Below are positions 1-13,400 of a stretch of 64,000 bases of DNA, one piece after another. Origin of the DNA: Isurus oxyrinchus (taxonomy: Eukaryota); NCBI GenBank assembly GCA_026770705.1, contig JANJGN010000034.1, positions 5,704,001 to 5,768,000 on the forward strand, written 5' to 3'. The notes under the pieces were generated by a model. It was not told the origin of the DNA and made no database searches. It saw only the letters and a program-made list of their open reading frames with translations. How positions within the stretch are numbered: position 1 is the stretch's first letter; every line of letters begins with the position of its first letter. A program made the translations under genes and the position numbers.

Positions 1-2324
1 TGAATTTTCATTTCCTCCACACGGACAATTTGAGAACCTCTCCCACTGTCTTACTGTGGCCTCTAATGATAACTTAATAGTGAGTGCATAATTGTTATCA
101 GCCTCTTCCATTTCCTGTGTGCCCATTTTACTTCTTGTTACTTCTTGGTAACCATTCTGTATGTTCATAATATTTCCATCTGCAATAGAAAACTGCCCTT
201 TAAGTGAATCCGGCTAGGCCCTGTTAAAGTACAAACATCTTTAGTACAACATCCGTCCTGTACATGTTCTTCCTCTTTCAGAACCTGGACATATTCCATT
301 AGACGTTAAGGCCCCATGTCCTGGACGACCTGCACATCCATTTACTCACCTTTCTATGCTGTTTTGCCAACACGGATTCGTGCATGGCAGCGGGAGAATT
401 CCTGAGATTACTACACCGCAGTATCTGCTTGCTATCTATGCATGTATATATTATTTTATATATATATATTATGTTTTGCTTCTTAATTTATTAATTTGTC
501 CACTTGCATGTTCTTCTGTTTGTTTATCCATTTATTTTTTTTTTCGCTTGACTCTCTATTCTTAACTCGAGTTTAATTTAGCATGCTATTTTCTTCCTGC
601 ATTAAGTCATTTTCCTTTCTAGTTGTGTCTTCACTACCAATATTGCACTGAGTCATTGACTGTTCATTTGCAGTTTCAGTGTGTTCTGAAACCACTCAAC
701 AATAGCCCGTGAATTCTGGCTACAGGGAGGCAAGATCTCTTCCCGAATATGCATCCATGTCTTCAGAAACAAATACTTCTAATTATATATTCTCCGACCA
801 GTTTCCATTCCCCATTCTTCCTCTCGCTTTCCTTATAACTGGAACAAGCCTTGGTGCCATGGTTTTGCCTCTTGCTGCAGTCAATAGTTGATTGAGTACC
901 AGTTCTACAGTGAGGTGCACTCCGGGGACATTTACACTATCTGACTTCAATTACTGGGTGCATGGCGGTCACCAGTTCATCCTCTGCCTGAAGTCTCTGA
1001 CATTGAGATTGGACCACATTCGCTATTCTGCTACTCCAGTGACCCCTATCTAATTGATGCCCGACAGTGGCAGCAGCTGCGAAATGCTGGAGCTTGAACC
1101 ACTAAAGATGAGAACTTTTTCGGCTTGTGCAGCTGCCCAGGCCACGAGAGTCATCCTGGGTTAGCTCAAAAGGAATGGCATGTCTGCACAAAGGGAGGCT
1201 GATGCCCTGAGACGTGCCTATGTATTAAGTTGTTCACTGAATCTTTAATCAGCTTTTTATTTCTGCTCATTTCAGTTTTATTAAATGCTTATGAAAGAGG
1301 CATATTTATTGTATTTCTTTTCCTATATTTCCCTATAACTAAGATTTTAGTTTACATAAATAATTGTATTCCCTTTTCTGGCAATATCTCCATGCCATTG
1401 TATTTAATCATCGGCCCCCATGTCTCTTTAAGTAACTGCAGACCGTTTGTAGTGGTATGATACATTGCATGTTGAAGTCCTGCTTTGTAATATCTTAATT
1501 AAAGTTGAATTAAGCGCTGACTGGTTAGCTCAGCCACGTTACAAATATGTCTGTGACGTCACTTCTCTACGTTCTTTACCTCCATCACTTCGAACCAGTC
1601 ATTTCCTGAGCGAGATTGTTTCCTGTTCCCTCCTCTCGGCAGACTATTCAATGATTATTTGTTGTTGACGTGATTTATTCTACGATCTAATATATGGAAT
1701 GAAAACCGTATATTAAAACTTTCCAGTACCAGTTTAAATCTTAGCAACGAAGATAGCACAAAACAGCCTGTTTTCAAAGACCTACATGCTACGCGTAACG
1801 TCAGTCTTTGTTTTGTCTGACTGATTGTGGAAATTGCCCTGTCGCTGCTGTTTTGAGCAGTAGGGACTTCTGTTCTCTCGGTATGATATCTATGCCTGCA
1901 CTGCTGCGGCCACCGATCTGCACTCACTGTTTTATGTCATAATTAAGATTAAAGCATAACAATTGTATCCTGTGTTTCATATTTATTACAACCAGAAGTC
2001 TTCACCTCTTTCAATTTTGTTTTATTGAGTAGCAATGTTTCTACCTTTTCAACTGAAGGCTCAATGTGTTTCGCCTTCCGCGGATCCAAGTCAATTCATG
2101 AAATGTTCCCAGATTCAGTAAAGCAGAAATTATTAATCGGCCATAATGCTGAACTGACAGTCTCACAAACATGCGTTTTGTATATTCACAGCTAATATTA
2201 ACACTTCTTGAAATTAACAATGCAGAATATTTGGCGTTGGTTTCAGAGAAACGCTCGATTTGTGCGGTGACAGAAAAAATTGCAAGTAACTTAATTTTGT
2301 TAATAATTGATTTCTACCTTCCAG

Positions 2325-2360
2325 ATTTACGTAAATTAAAAGAGGATGTGGATAACAAAG
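2325..2360 (+). CDS. Micro-exon 1 (36 nt), (D)LRKLKEDVDNK
   Basis: tttctaccttccag|ATTTACGT...AACAAAG|gtaatg; phase 1-1. The first residue depends on an upstream exon that is not seen. Confidence 0.88.
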
Positions 2361-2929
2361 GTAATGACAATCGTGAGGATAATGATATTGACTGTGCCAT
2401 TTACGATTCATGTTAATGTGAAAGTACTTGCTTCGTTATCACATCTTTATGTTAAATATAGCTCCGATGTTGATTTACAGGAGCGTTATCAAATTTGAAA
2501 ATCTGGAAACTATAATTAAGCCTGGATCATCGGGTCATAGTTAGGTTCCCTGACCGAATAAAATCAGCTTGACTACTCTTTGGAAAATATCTACAAAATT
2601 TTAATTGGTACCCAAATATTATTGGCAATCAGTAATTATCAATGTTGAAATCAATTTGAAAGAGCAGTGAGCATACTGTTGACACAAAATGAACTCTGGC
2701 TGTGGACTTCAATATCTAAAGTAAGGAATATATATATAACATCATTACTGAAAACATGCAGAAGGGCATAGATCTCAGGCTCTTTCTGTTTGTCGTAGTG
2801 GGATCGAACACAGGCTTTAATGGAGTCTTGTGCAATGACTTCAATTTAACTGTCGCAGATATGCCCATCAATTTATCAGTAGTACTGAGCTGCACATATG
2901 CTTCGTGAGAAGTGAAACATGCCAAATAT

Positions 2930-4090
2930 TAGAGCATAAGATAAAGGAGTAAGGCACATCATATAGACACTCAAGCTTTATCTGTATTCTGCAACACTCT
3001 GATTTGCCTTTGGCCTTAACATAAGCTGTACAGCTGCTGTTAATACCAGTTGATTTCCCTGGAATCCAAAAAATACTTTTATCGAAGCCTTAATATATTC
3101 AAGGTCTGAATATCCACAAACACTTCAGTAGACCATTCAAGAGATTCAGAACTGTGAGAGTGAACACAATCTTATAATTGTGGGGCCTTATGCTGCGACT
3201 TTTCTTCCAGTGTCCCAGGTTCTGAAACCTTTTCAAATAATCTCCCAATGTGTACCCTACTTCAGAATGTTATGTATTTCAATAATATGTCGCCACACTG
3301 ATGAAAATTCTAGAAAGTATAGGCCAAATCTACACAGCCTCGCATCAGAGGGTGACCCTTTAATACAAGATAGCAAGGTAGTGCACCTGTGGTGTACAGC
3401 GCCCAGATCAAGACTAACCATCCTGAAACATGGCGTCCAATTTTGCACACAACTTTCACGATGTGGCCTCACCAAACCTTACAATACTGTAGCAAGACAT
3501 TGATTCTTATACTTCAATACTGTTGCAACAAAGATCAAAATGTCACTTGGGTACTCATTTCTCTGCTGCGCATCCATGCTAACTTTGTTTAAGTTTTCCA
3601 TCTCCGAATACACCTACATCCCTCTGAGCATTAACCCATGATAGACTCATGGCTGTACAAACGTTCTAATTTCCTATTCTTAAGATCAAAGTGAGTAACC
3701 CCTTAAACCTATACATAATACCACAGCAGCCATATTGTTGTCCACTCACTTAACAACTGTGTAATTACTTTAGAACCTTTTCGTCTCCTTCTCACAGCTT
3801 ATATTACCAAGCAGACGTGCATTTTCCTGAATATGGTACTTTGTTTCTTCATTTAGGGCATGAATGTAGATCACAAATAAATGAAGCCCTAAACATCATC
3901 ACTGCGGCACTCCATCAGCAACGTTGTAAATTGATAATTTCATGTTTGATCCTATTCTGTTATGGTTGTCCGATAATGAACTCTGTATCCACGCTCTTAC
4001 AAACATTCAATTACATGAACCCACAGTTGCTTTATTAGGATTTGCTTACTTGCTTATCGAATGCCATTTGGAACAACAAATATATTGCTA
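2930..4090 (-). mobile_element. Decayed CR1-like LINE fragments
   Basis: Minus ORF 3257-3475 MVRPHRESCVQNWTP matches the LVRPHLEYCVQFWSP motif of CR1 ORF2. Confidence 0.7.
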
Positions 4091-7000
4091 AAGCATCAGA
4101 CCAGGATAGCCGAATGCAATACCCCCCATGACACAAAGAATGAAGTCAGGAGAAACATGGAGCTAGCTTTGTAGGAGCACAGATTTGCCTGTGGGTTGTA
4201 GAGCTAGCAGAGGTTATAAAATGAATGTATAGTTCCCTGGAGAGCGGTCAAACGAATTCGGAGAATTTTTAATTTAAAATCTTATGGACCTGGACTTGTG
4301 CAAGTGAGTTCCTGGATGAACTGAGTTTGGTGTTGTTACATTTTGGCAGCCATTGGTGATTGGAGCAACAGATGTAAATATTTAATTAGTGTTACATTTA
4401 TTCACAAAGTTAAAAGTTGCAAATGTATATCCCCAAACTCGGAAGCCCACCACCAGATTCAACAATTGTCTATTGAAATGTGTTCAAAAAATTGCCCAGT
4501 GTGGGGCACAACGATAAACAAGTAAACATAACGTACACAATGAACACTTTTTCTCTCTGATATAAAGAAAACATAACAACTATTTTCACAATATTTCAGC
4601 ACGCACTGATAAAGGACAAAAATTACATTACAAGCTTTAAAGCATTAATCACGCGACCCCCCTTTCCTAGGACCCCCAGGCATATTGTGTTATACATTTT
4701 GTTTTTACAGAAGAATCACAGACGAAGCACGCTTCAATTTGATCTTGGACATAACCATTCTTTATGTGTTCGCCGCTGCAAACTGAATCCTGAATCTTTT
4801 AGTTTCACTCATAGCTTTGTAGAGGTATCCTCTCCGACAAGCAATGGAGATTTGGGCAACATTTAATGGGCAAATAGTTTTCACTATGTACCCCGCAAAT
4901 AATCCCTGTTAAAACAACACCTCCTATATCACTTGCTTTCACGAGAGTTAGGGTTTCCGTAGCTAAAGTTAATTTATCATCTTGAATATTACCTGCACTT
5001 CCCAAGCTAATGGACCACAGATCAAATTTTTACAATTAATACCACTGTGCTGAAATGCCCGTAAGGAAGGTTGGCATGAGAGGCATCAGGAAAATATAAT
5101 TCGTTTCTTCTTAATTCTTTTTTGCAAAATATGCTGGAAACCTAAAGCCAAAGTTGTTTTGTTTAAGATTTTGAATTTTAATTTTCTCTGAAAATATTCT
5201 GGAATCCATCTTGTTCCCCTCACAGGCTTAGTAATTTGAACCAACACATCAAAATTAAATTATAATACTGCCTTTTCTTGTGTAAAACCAATTCAAATAG
5301 CTAATATCAAACTTCCGAAATGTATTTCTCCCCTTCATTAGATGTGAATTCATCTTTCTGTGATGGGCTAACACGTCTAACAAGACAGAAACAACAGTCT
5401 CTAAATAAGATTGCTGATGGAAACTTGGGTGTGAGCTTTAATGTTTAATGACTAAACAAATATATTTTGAAAGAACCCGATTCCTACCTTAACATTTTCA
5501 ATTGTGTATGGAAGTATTGATAATGCATTCCCCCGATCGCTCAGTGCGACCTCTTAACAAAGCAGAAACATGTGGAAATGCCTGAAAGTTTCGATATTGA
5601 TGGAACTGGAACTTTGTTGGATTTGCTTGTAGTTGTTCACTGTCTATGTTCAGAAAGGCAAATTTCATAGAAAACAATCATATCCTGGAGACCAACAACT
5701 CAGGTCCACAATACAATTGTTTAGTTTCAGTTCTACATTGCTTAACTTTTAAGGCGCTTTGAAAAGAAAATAAAAATCTCTGTATTTTTCACCCAACAAA
5801 AAGGACTCTTTAATGTCAATTCATCTACAATTCCAGCAATATGTTGCGAGTAAGGGACGGGCGAAAGGTACCTCAGAACTTCTTATGCCCACGTGTGAAA
5901 GTCCACACTGACATTTGTATATATTATAGACGGTTTGCGTTATTTTTTCTCTCTCTATCTCAATGCAAGACAATGGCAGAAGTGGTGATAAGCTTTAAAT
6001 CAAGGGAGAGGAAATTGTCTGCACAGTTTGAAAACATTTTTCAATCTGATAGTTGGCACACGATTTTACTAACAACTGTCTTCCCTTCTGATGAGAAAAG
6101 TCACATTTTGTTAAACAGAGGCACTTATTCACTGATTGAATGAGGTGAAGAATCAATGAAATTCAAGAAATTTATGATTCTATTTGCAGTTTCGTTTACT
6201 CATCGTTTTCATGAAATCGTTACTAGAGAGAGGGACAGAAAATCAGTACAGGACTCTGCTAGTAATGATAATGTAAACTAAGCCAAATTTTTGCATGCAA
6301 TCACCACTGAATGTGTGAAGCACAATGTGTATGATCCTAAAAAAGTAAAAAAAAAACAAATAGAGTTAATTGATTATGCTATTGGGTTGACCCTCAGTAC
6401 CAGATGAGCCTGAATAATACTGGGGAGCATTACTTTAAATTTGCAGAGATCACCTGGTGTTACAGAAGCTAGTGATCATTTTTTTTGGTGTTTCAATGGA
6501 AATTTTCTATATCATTTCAGCAAATCTTTCAGGCTAACAGTGAAGAGCAGCCTGGTTTGGCAGGAATGTGAAGTTGAAGTTAAAACAAGATCCTCCATGA
6601 CTTTATTGAATGGTGGGACAAGCTCGTGGGGTACAGTGGCATGCTCCTGCTTCTAATACGTAGGAAGGTATGTTCGTAATCCAATATCATCCCCGATCTT
6701 GGACAATTTGACCTGATTGAATTCGTAGGTAGTTTCCTTATTTCTGTTACTCTCCTCTACATCAATTCATAAGTACCTACTAAAGGCCAACCTCACTAAT
6801 ATACAAGCAAAAAGGTATGTTAGCTTAATAGGCCGTATGGGATTTTCCTCTAGTGCGCTGGTAAACGTGCAGCAGCTCACCATTATCAACCTCGGTTTGC
6901 TGCAATCGACAGCTCCACAAGGCAAATCTCAATCAGAGAGAATCCAGTCTCAAACTCGGCACCTAGCTCATCATTAGCATCATAATTGTTATATAAATAT

Positions 7001-8199
7001 TATATAAATTGAGTGATGCCTACTGACTGACTGCTCTCACTGACATGTACCTATTCATCCTGTTCACACATCATAGCCTTTGACTGTATATTCTGTCTTG
7101 TGAACAAACTGCAGTGTTCACGTCACTGAGTTTCATTTTCGATGCAATGGGATCCATTAATGGATAAACAGGCATTCTTTTCGAGAATGGAATATTTATT
7201 GTTTTCTAAATCGATTTGCCTTAGCTTTTCTCTAGGCACATGCTGATCAGCTGCTGAACAGACTTTAAATTTTATGTTCCTCACTCCACGCCCGACAAGC
7301 ATCCCCAAACCCCCTCACCCTCCCTTCCAACAGCATCACCCTACATCACTCATCATCACCACCACAACCCCTCAAAGTATTTTGAAAGCGTTTATTTTAT
7401 TCTCTGTAATTTTACTCAGGAGGGAAGAAGGTTGTTTCCTCATTCTGTGTCCCATATCTATCCGTAATCAAATAACGGGGAACCTAACTCGTAGCCATAG
7501 GCCAATTCGCAATGACTGATACCAGCAGATTTATTTGTCCTGCCCTTAGTCTCAAAAAAGTAAGAATGATATCACTGAATTTAGATTGTGGGGGCCCTCA
7601 GACAAATCAAACATAATACTTTTATCTCGTTTCTAGTGAGACCTCTCGAAAACAACTTTGCACTACGAGTAATAGTCGTAAGAGCTGGCACCATTCACTT
7701 CTAATTAAATGTGACCTCCTGAAACACACTTGACATCAAATATGACCTCAGGTCAGGCTGAAACTCGTTTGGTAAACGAAAGATAGTGAAAATTATAATT
7801 TGGCTAATGCCACAATCACAGCTTACCTGTGATTTTTGGTTTCCAATTACATTTCCTTTGGTTGCCAATGGAGCAAATCCATCAATCAATCCAGGGTGAG
7901 GGGTGTCTGCCCAAGTTGCTGTTACAGGGAAACACTCTAAACTCTTTTAAAAAGTAACTGGATCTGCACCTTAAGTGGCCTAAGCTGCAGGGCTATGGTC
8001 CAGGCGCAGGAAGGTGGGATTAGACGGGCACCTAGCAATCCTCAGGCTGGCAGAGCCATGATGGGCCGAATGGTGACCTTCTGTACTCTAACTTTTCTAT
8101 GGTTCTATAATCGTGAGGATAAACCTTTGTCACAGCTTGGTCTTCGGCAAGTGTAATAAACATCACTATAGACATTTGTTCACAAAATGTAGGTATTAG

Positions 8200-9760
8200 T
8201 GGATCTGGCTCGGATTTATTGCCCCTACTTAATTTTTCTTGAGAAGATGGTGATGAGCTGCCTTCTTGAACGGCTGCAGTCCATGTGGTTTGCTTTTAGG
8301 AAGGTAATTCCAGTAGTTTGAATAGTAATACTGAAGGAGCAGCGATATATTTCCAAGTCAGGATGTTGAGTGACTTGAAGGGCTATTACCACTTGATGCT
8401 GCTCCCATAACTCTGTTGCCATTGTCCTTCTAGATGTTAGAGATCGTGGTTTTGTAAGGTGCAGTCACAGGGGTTGGGAGAATTCCTGCAGTGCATATTG
8501 TAGATGGCACACACTGCTGCCGCTGTGCTTCTGTGATAGAGGACGTGAATGCTTGTGTAAGAGGTGCAATCAAGCGGGCTGTTTGGTAAAGCCCCTTGAG
8601 TGTAATGGATGCTGCAATCATCCAATATAGTGGGAAAATTCCATCACACTCTAGATCTGTGCCTTGTAGATGTTGGGCGGGCTTTGGTCTGTAAATAGGT
8701 GAATAACTCGTTGCACACTTCCCAACCTCTGAACTGTTCTTCAACTGGAGTATATATGCAGGGATTACTGTTCAGTCTGTGGTTAATGGTCAGTTCAGAG
8801 TGATTCATTCAGTGATGGTAGTGCCTTCAAGGAGCGATGGTTAAATTTACCCTTATTCGAGATGATGATTGCCTGGCACTGGAGATCGTTACTTGCCAGT
8901 TGTCAGCCGAAGCCTTGTCATTGTCCAGCCCTTGTTGAATCTAGACATGGGCTGCTTCAGTTTCCGAGGAGACCCGAATGATACTGAACGCTGCAAAATC
9001 ATCAGAGACCATCCACACTTCTGATCTTATTGTGGGTGGAAGGTCATTGATTAAGCATCTGAAGATGATTGGGCCTAGGGCACTGCTCTGGTGAACTCCT
9101 GCAACGATATCTGGTAGCTGTGATGACTGCCCTCCAAAGGCCACAACTATCTTCCCTTGTGCTAGGAATGACACCAAACAGCCAAGAGCTTTGCCTCTGA
9201 TTCCCAATGACTTCAGTTTTGCTAGGGTTAATTGATGCTAGATTCGATCAAATGCTGCATTGATCCCAAGTGCAGTCACTCTCATCTCACCTCGGCAGCT
9301 CAACTCTTATAGGCATGTTTGAACCAAGGCTGTAATGAGTTCAAGAGCTTAGTGGTTCTGACAGAACCAAAACTGGGCGTCAGTGAACAGTTTATTACAA
9401 AGCCAATGTCTTTTTGTAGCATTGTTGCTGACTCCTTCCGTTACTTTTCTGAGGATGTAACTTCGACTGTTTGGGCGATAATTGGCGGGGTTGTATTTGT
9501 CCTGTATATTGTGTACAAGACGTAGCCGGACAATTTTCTATAAAGTCAGAAACATCTCCGTGTTGTAGCTGCTTTGGGGCAGCTTGACTAAGGACATGGG
9601 AAGTTCTGTAACATAAGTTTTCATTATTGCTGGAACACGGCAGGGCCAATAAAATATGCAATGTTATCTGGTGCGTTCACCCGTTTCTTGATATCATGTG
9701 TGGTGAATTGAATTTGCTGAAGACTGGCATCTGTGATGCTGGGGACCTATGGGGGAAGAG
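8200..9760 (-). mobile_element. Decayed non-LTR retrotransposon (CR1/L2-like) ORF2 RT region and 3' end
   Basis: Minus ORF 8941-9207 reads GVHQSSALGPIIFRCLINDLP...VWMVSDD, a degenerate form of the RT GVPQGSxLGP...YADD motifs. Many stops. Confidence 0.85.
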
Positions 9761-10384
9761 TGAAGATAAAAATATATATATATATTGACAATATCGCCGG
9801 CCCTGGAAAATCAGTCAATTTACAGAATTTTTTTTTGTATCTTCGCACACACTGGTCGGTTTGGAGAAACCTTATTTTCGTCATCCACCGTTATTTGGTC
9901 AAACCTACGTTTCCTTCTGCAACTTCAAAATCATTGGCTTCTTCATACACCAGGCTACTTTCGCCAGTTTCTTTGCTGTAATTGAATGTCAGATGACCCC
10001 GTTTCTCACCGTATGCACAGTCCAGGACAGTGTCCAGGCAATGGGTGCTCGACAACAACAGGGTGGTCCAGGTGCTTCATCAGTGGAGAGCTCCAGCACC
10101 ATTCATAAAATTTGACCTGATCGTGGAGGTAATTTTCAGTGACCTCCAATAAGGAATTTTCCACGGCCTCAAATCGGATCCTGGCTGCAAGCGCAGCCCA
10201 AAGCATGCTTCAGGCAGCATTCCGATTCACTGAAGCTTGAGAATGGGCATCGAGAAAAAAAAAATAGGTTGGAACTGGTGCATAAAGAAAGCCTGCCAAA
10301 ATATTTAGATCGCCCAGTTAACATCCAGAACATAAAATGCCATGAATATAAACTGTGCAGTGGAATTTTACACTGAAATTAAAT

Positions 10385-10625
10385 CAAAACAGAGCAAATG
10401 TTTGGAATCTGAACTGAAAATAAAATGTAGGAAAAACGTAACAAGTCTGGCAGCAACTACGGAGAAAGGAACAGACCGTTTCGACTCCAACATGACTGTT
10501 TATGGTGAAGATTGGACTCGGAACGTTAAGTCGGTTCATCTCTCGCCAGGTGCTGCCGTACCTGCCGAGTTTTTCCAACATCGTTTTCTTTTTTTTTAAT
10601 TTATATTCAATATTAAACTGAAGTC
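10385..10625. repeat. Short imperfect palindromic interspersed repeat, probably a Penelope terminal-repeat derivative
   Basis: Left arm ggaaaaac...tctggcagca...ggagaaaggaacagac is mirrored by ggttcatctctcgccaggtgctgcc...gagtttttcc. Related single arms occur at ~51470 and ~59680. Confidence 0.55.
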
Positions 10626-11421
10626 GCCACAGTGAAAACTCGTGATCTGAATACATGATTCTTTGAGAGTGAAAAGGGTTTTTAAGTTGTCTGTTTGCTT
10701 TTTAACATATGATATCAAAGTTGCGATCTTTCGCCTTACTTCATAGCAGTGCTTGTGCACGTTTTTTTTTTAATATGACAGCCATATGAGGTTAAGATAA
10801 TCTTTGTAACTGTCGATTTGTGTTCTTTTAGAAGCAGAATATGTCATTTTCTGGGGGTCTTAAGGAGTGATTGTCAGGGAACACGACGGCTAGGGGATCC
10901 TGGCCATTTCTGTCAGATATATTTGATGAGAAAATCATTAAACTGAAAAGGTGATAATACTTATTCCCAACAGCAATCTGGGGTCTGTGGCCAACACGAG
11001 CAGATATAATTAACGTACATATCATTGTAGATCGAATCAAATGGAGGAACAGGCTACAGGAACACAATGTCTTCCTCCAATTCCTACATTCTTCTCTTCT
11101 AAAACTGACCCTTTATTTTCTACTCGTTCGTTCATGAATTAGGACGGAGGAGTGCAAAAAAAAGTCATAAAATTTGTGAATGTAAAAGCGGTTTGAAATG
11201 AATTAGTTGAACAGCGTACAATCACCCTGACAGCTACATTAAAAATGTTTTTTTGCATTCTGAATAATATGTGGCTTATTGATATAACAGATTGCAAAAA
11301 ATAACATTTGGAATTATGTGGATATTATTGAGTCATCATGCTTTGGAATTTCAGGGATAAGCACAATTAGCTTAATGGTAATTAATTATATTTGGTAATA
11401 ATAATTATTGTATCCTTATAG

Positions 11422-11448
11422 CAAAAGCATTAGCTGAAAAGAACGATG
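11422..11448 (+). CDS. Micro-exon 2 (27 nt), AKALAEKND
   Basis: tatccttatag|CAAAAGCATTAGCTGAAAAGAACGATG|gtaagt; consensus donor. Confidence 0.88.
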
Positions 11449-11739
11449 GTAAGTAAATCACAAATGATTACCTACAGATAGTTAACTGCAAAAGTTTTCT
11501 TGTAAACTGATTTTCCTGATGCATTGAGCATGAAGCAATTATGGTTTATTTATGCCCCTGTAAAGTTTTTTAAACACTATTGCAACTTTCTGAGATACCT
11601 GTTGTAGACAGTTTAGTCGCAATGCTCTCTCTCACATGTATTTCCTTTTATTCTTCTGAATTCCAATATATGGAAATATGACACAAATTACATCCTAGAT
11701 GGGAACCATAGATATAAACAATCCGCTTTTGTAAGTCAA

Positions 11740-13400
11740 TTATTTGCTTTTTTCCCCGGATGTGGGCGTTGCTATTGGGACAAGAATTTGGTTTCCATTA
11801 CTAAATATCATGAGAAGATGGGGATGAGCCGCTTTACATACCCACTATGGCCATGACAGGTTTCTGAGGAAAGCACTTCCAGGATTTTTGCTCAGCGAAA
11901 GTCAAGGGACGGTGATGTAGTTCCAGCTCAGTATGGTGTGTGGCAAGGGTGGGGGGAGGTATGGATTTTCTGCTGGTCGTGCGCTTTTTCCTATAGTTGG
12001 CAGAGGTGGCAGGTTTAGAAATTAATTTAGCAGAAAGCTTCATGAATTGTTGCAATGCAAGTTATTGAAGGTGCACAATGTTGCCATTATGCTTTCGTGG
12101 CGGAGATACTGATTGTTTAAAGTCCTGTGTACCAATGCAGAGTGTTGCTTTTCCCTGGATAATGTCAAGAGTTTTGGATTTTGTTGGAGGCGAGTAGATC
12201 CACATCATTCTGTCATATGCATGACTTCTACCTTATAGATGGTGGGCAGGTTTTGTGGTGTCAAGGGTTGTGTTACTACCCTCATAATTGCCAAATTCGG
12301 ACCAGCTTTCTTATACACAGCATACCGATAGTTCGAGTTTTGGTTACTGGTCAACGATAGCCCACAGGGTTTTGACAGTGGTGGATTCAGAGATGAGAAG
12401 GCAATGAGTGGACATGAGCAAATATTTGTATTTTCTCTTCTGAAGATAGTTATTTCCTGGCACCTGATTAGCGCACATATTGGTTGCCACTTATCAGCCC
12501 AAGCCTAAATTTTGTTGAGGCCTTGCTGTGTATGATTCAGATAACTTCAATATCTGATGAATGGGGTAATTTACAAACATTCTGTAGCCATCTGCAGGCA
12601 ACTCCAATTTTCACCGTGTAGCGAAATGGAAACAGGTTGGCTAGGAGCACAGCGAGTTTTTTCAGGACAGATATTGAGCCCTACTACGAGGATTTGGTCA
12701 GGACCCACGGCCATTTCAGTGCCCAGTGGCTTTAGCGTTTCTTGATATCACCTAGAGTGAATTATGTTGCTCCAAGACTGGCAGCTTTGATGCTGGAGAC
12801 TTCAGGAAGAGGCCGAGGTGGATGATTCATTTGGTACTTATGCTTAAAGATGGCTCTAACGATTTCAGCCGTTTATGTACTCGGTTTCACCACCGATCAG
12901 AATGAAGGAAATTCTTGGGCATCGTCCTCCTGCTATTTGTTGAATATTACCACAATTCACAATTGATCATGGAGGACAGCGGAACTTAGGTCTGATCCTT
13001 TGGTTGTAGCATTCCTTATCTAAGTTGATCACATATTACTTCCACTGTTTTCACATGGTTGATGCTTCATTCTTTATTTTCGAATGTACTGTGCTGCTCC
13101 TGCCATGCTTTCTTGCAATCTTGATTACACCAGAATTGATCACAACGTTCAGTGGCATTGGTAGAGCGATGGTGGATCTGCCGTGAGTGTACAGATTGTG
13201 ACTGTATCAACATGTTCTGATGCTGAAGGCCTACTGCATCTTAGGAAGCCCAAGTTTGAGCTTCAAGGCCTGTTATAAATCTATTCCATTTCACACGGCA
13301 GTAGTGACATTAAACATAATGGAGGGTATCTTCAACGTGAAGACAGAACTCATATCCAAGCAATGAATTTAGTCTTCGGCAATCCTACCAATGATTTTAT
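11740..13400 (-). mobile_element. Highly decayed copy of the same LINE family as 8200-9760
   Basis: Shared motifs (gagaagatgg...gatgagc; cctggcac...ttgccacttatcagcccaagcc; aagactggc). Confidence 0.7.

Noticed and set aside
6774-6814. Possible exon ending AAAG|gtatgt
   Set aside because: No AG at 27 or 36 nt upstream; the phase-1 reading contains a stop.
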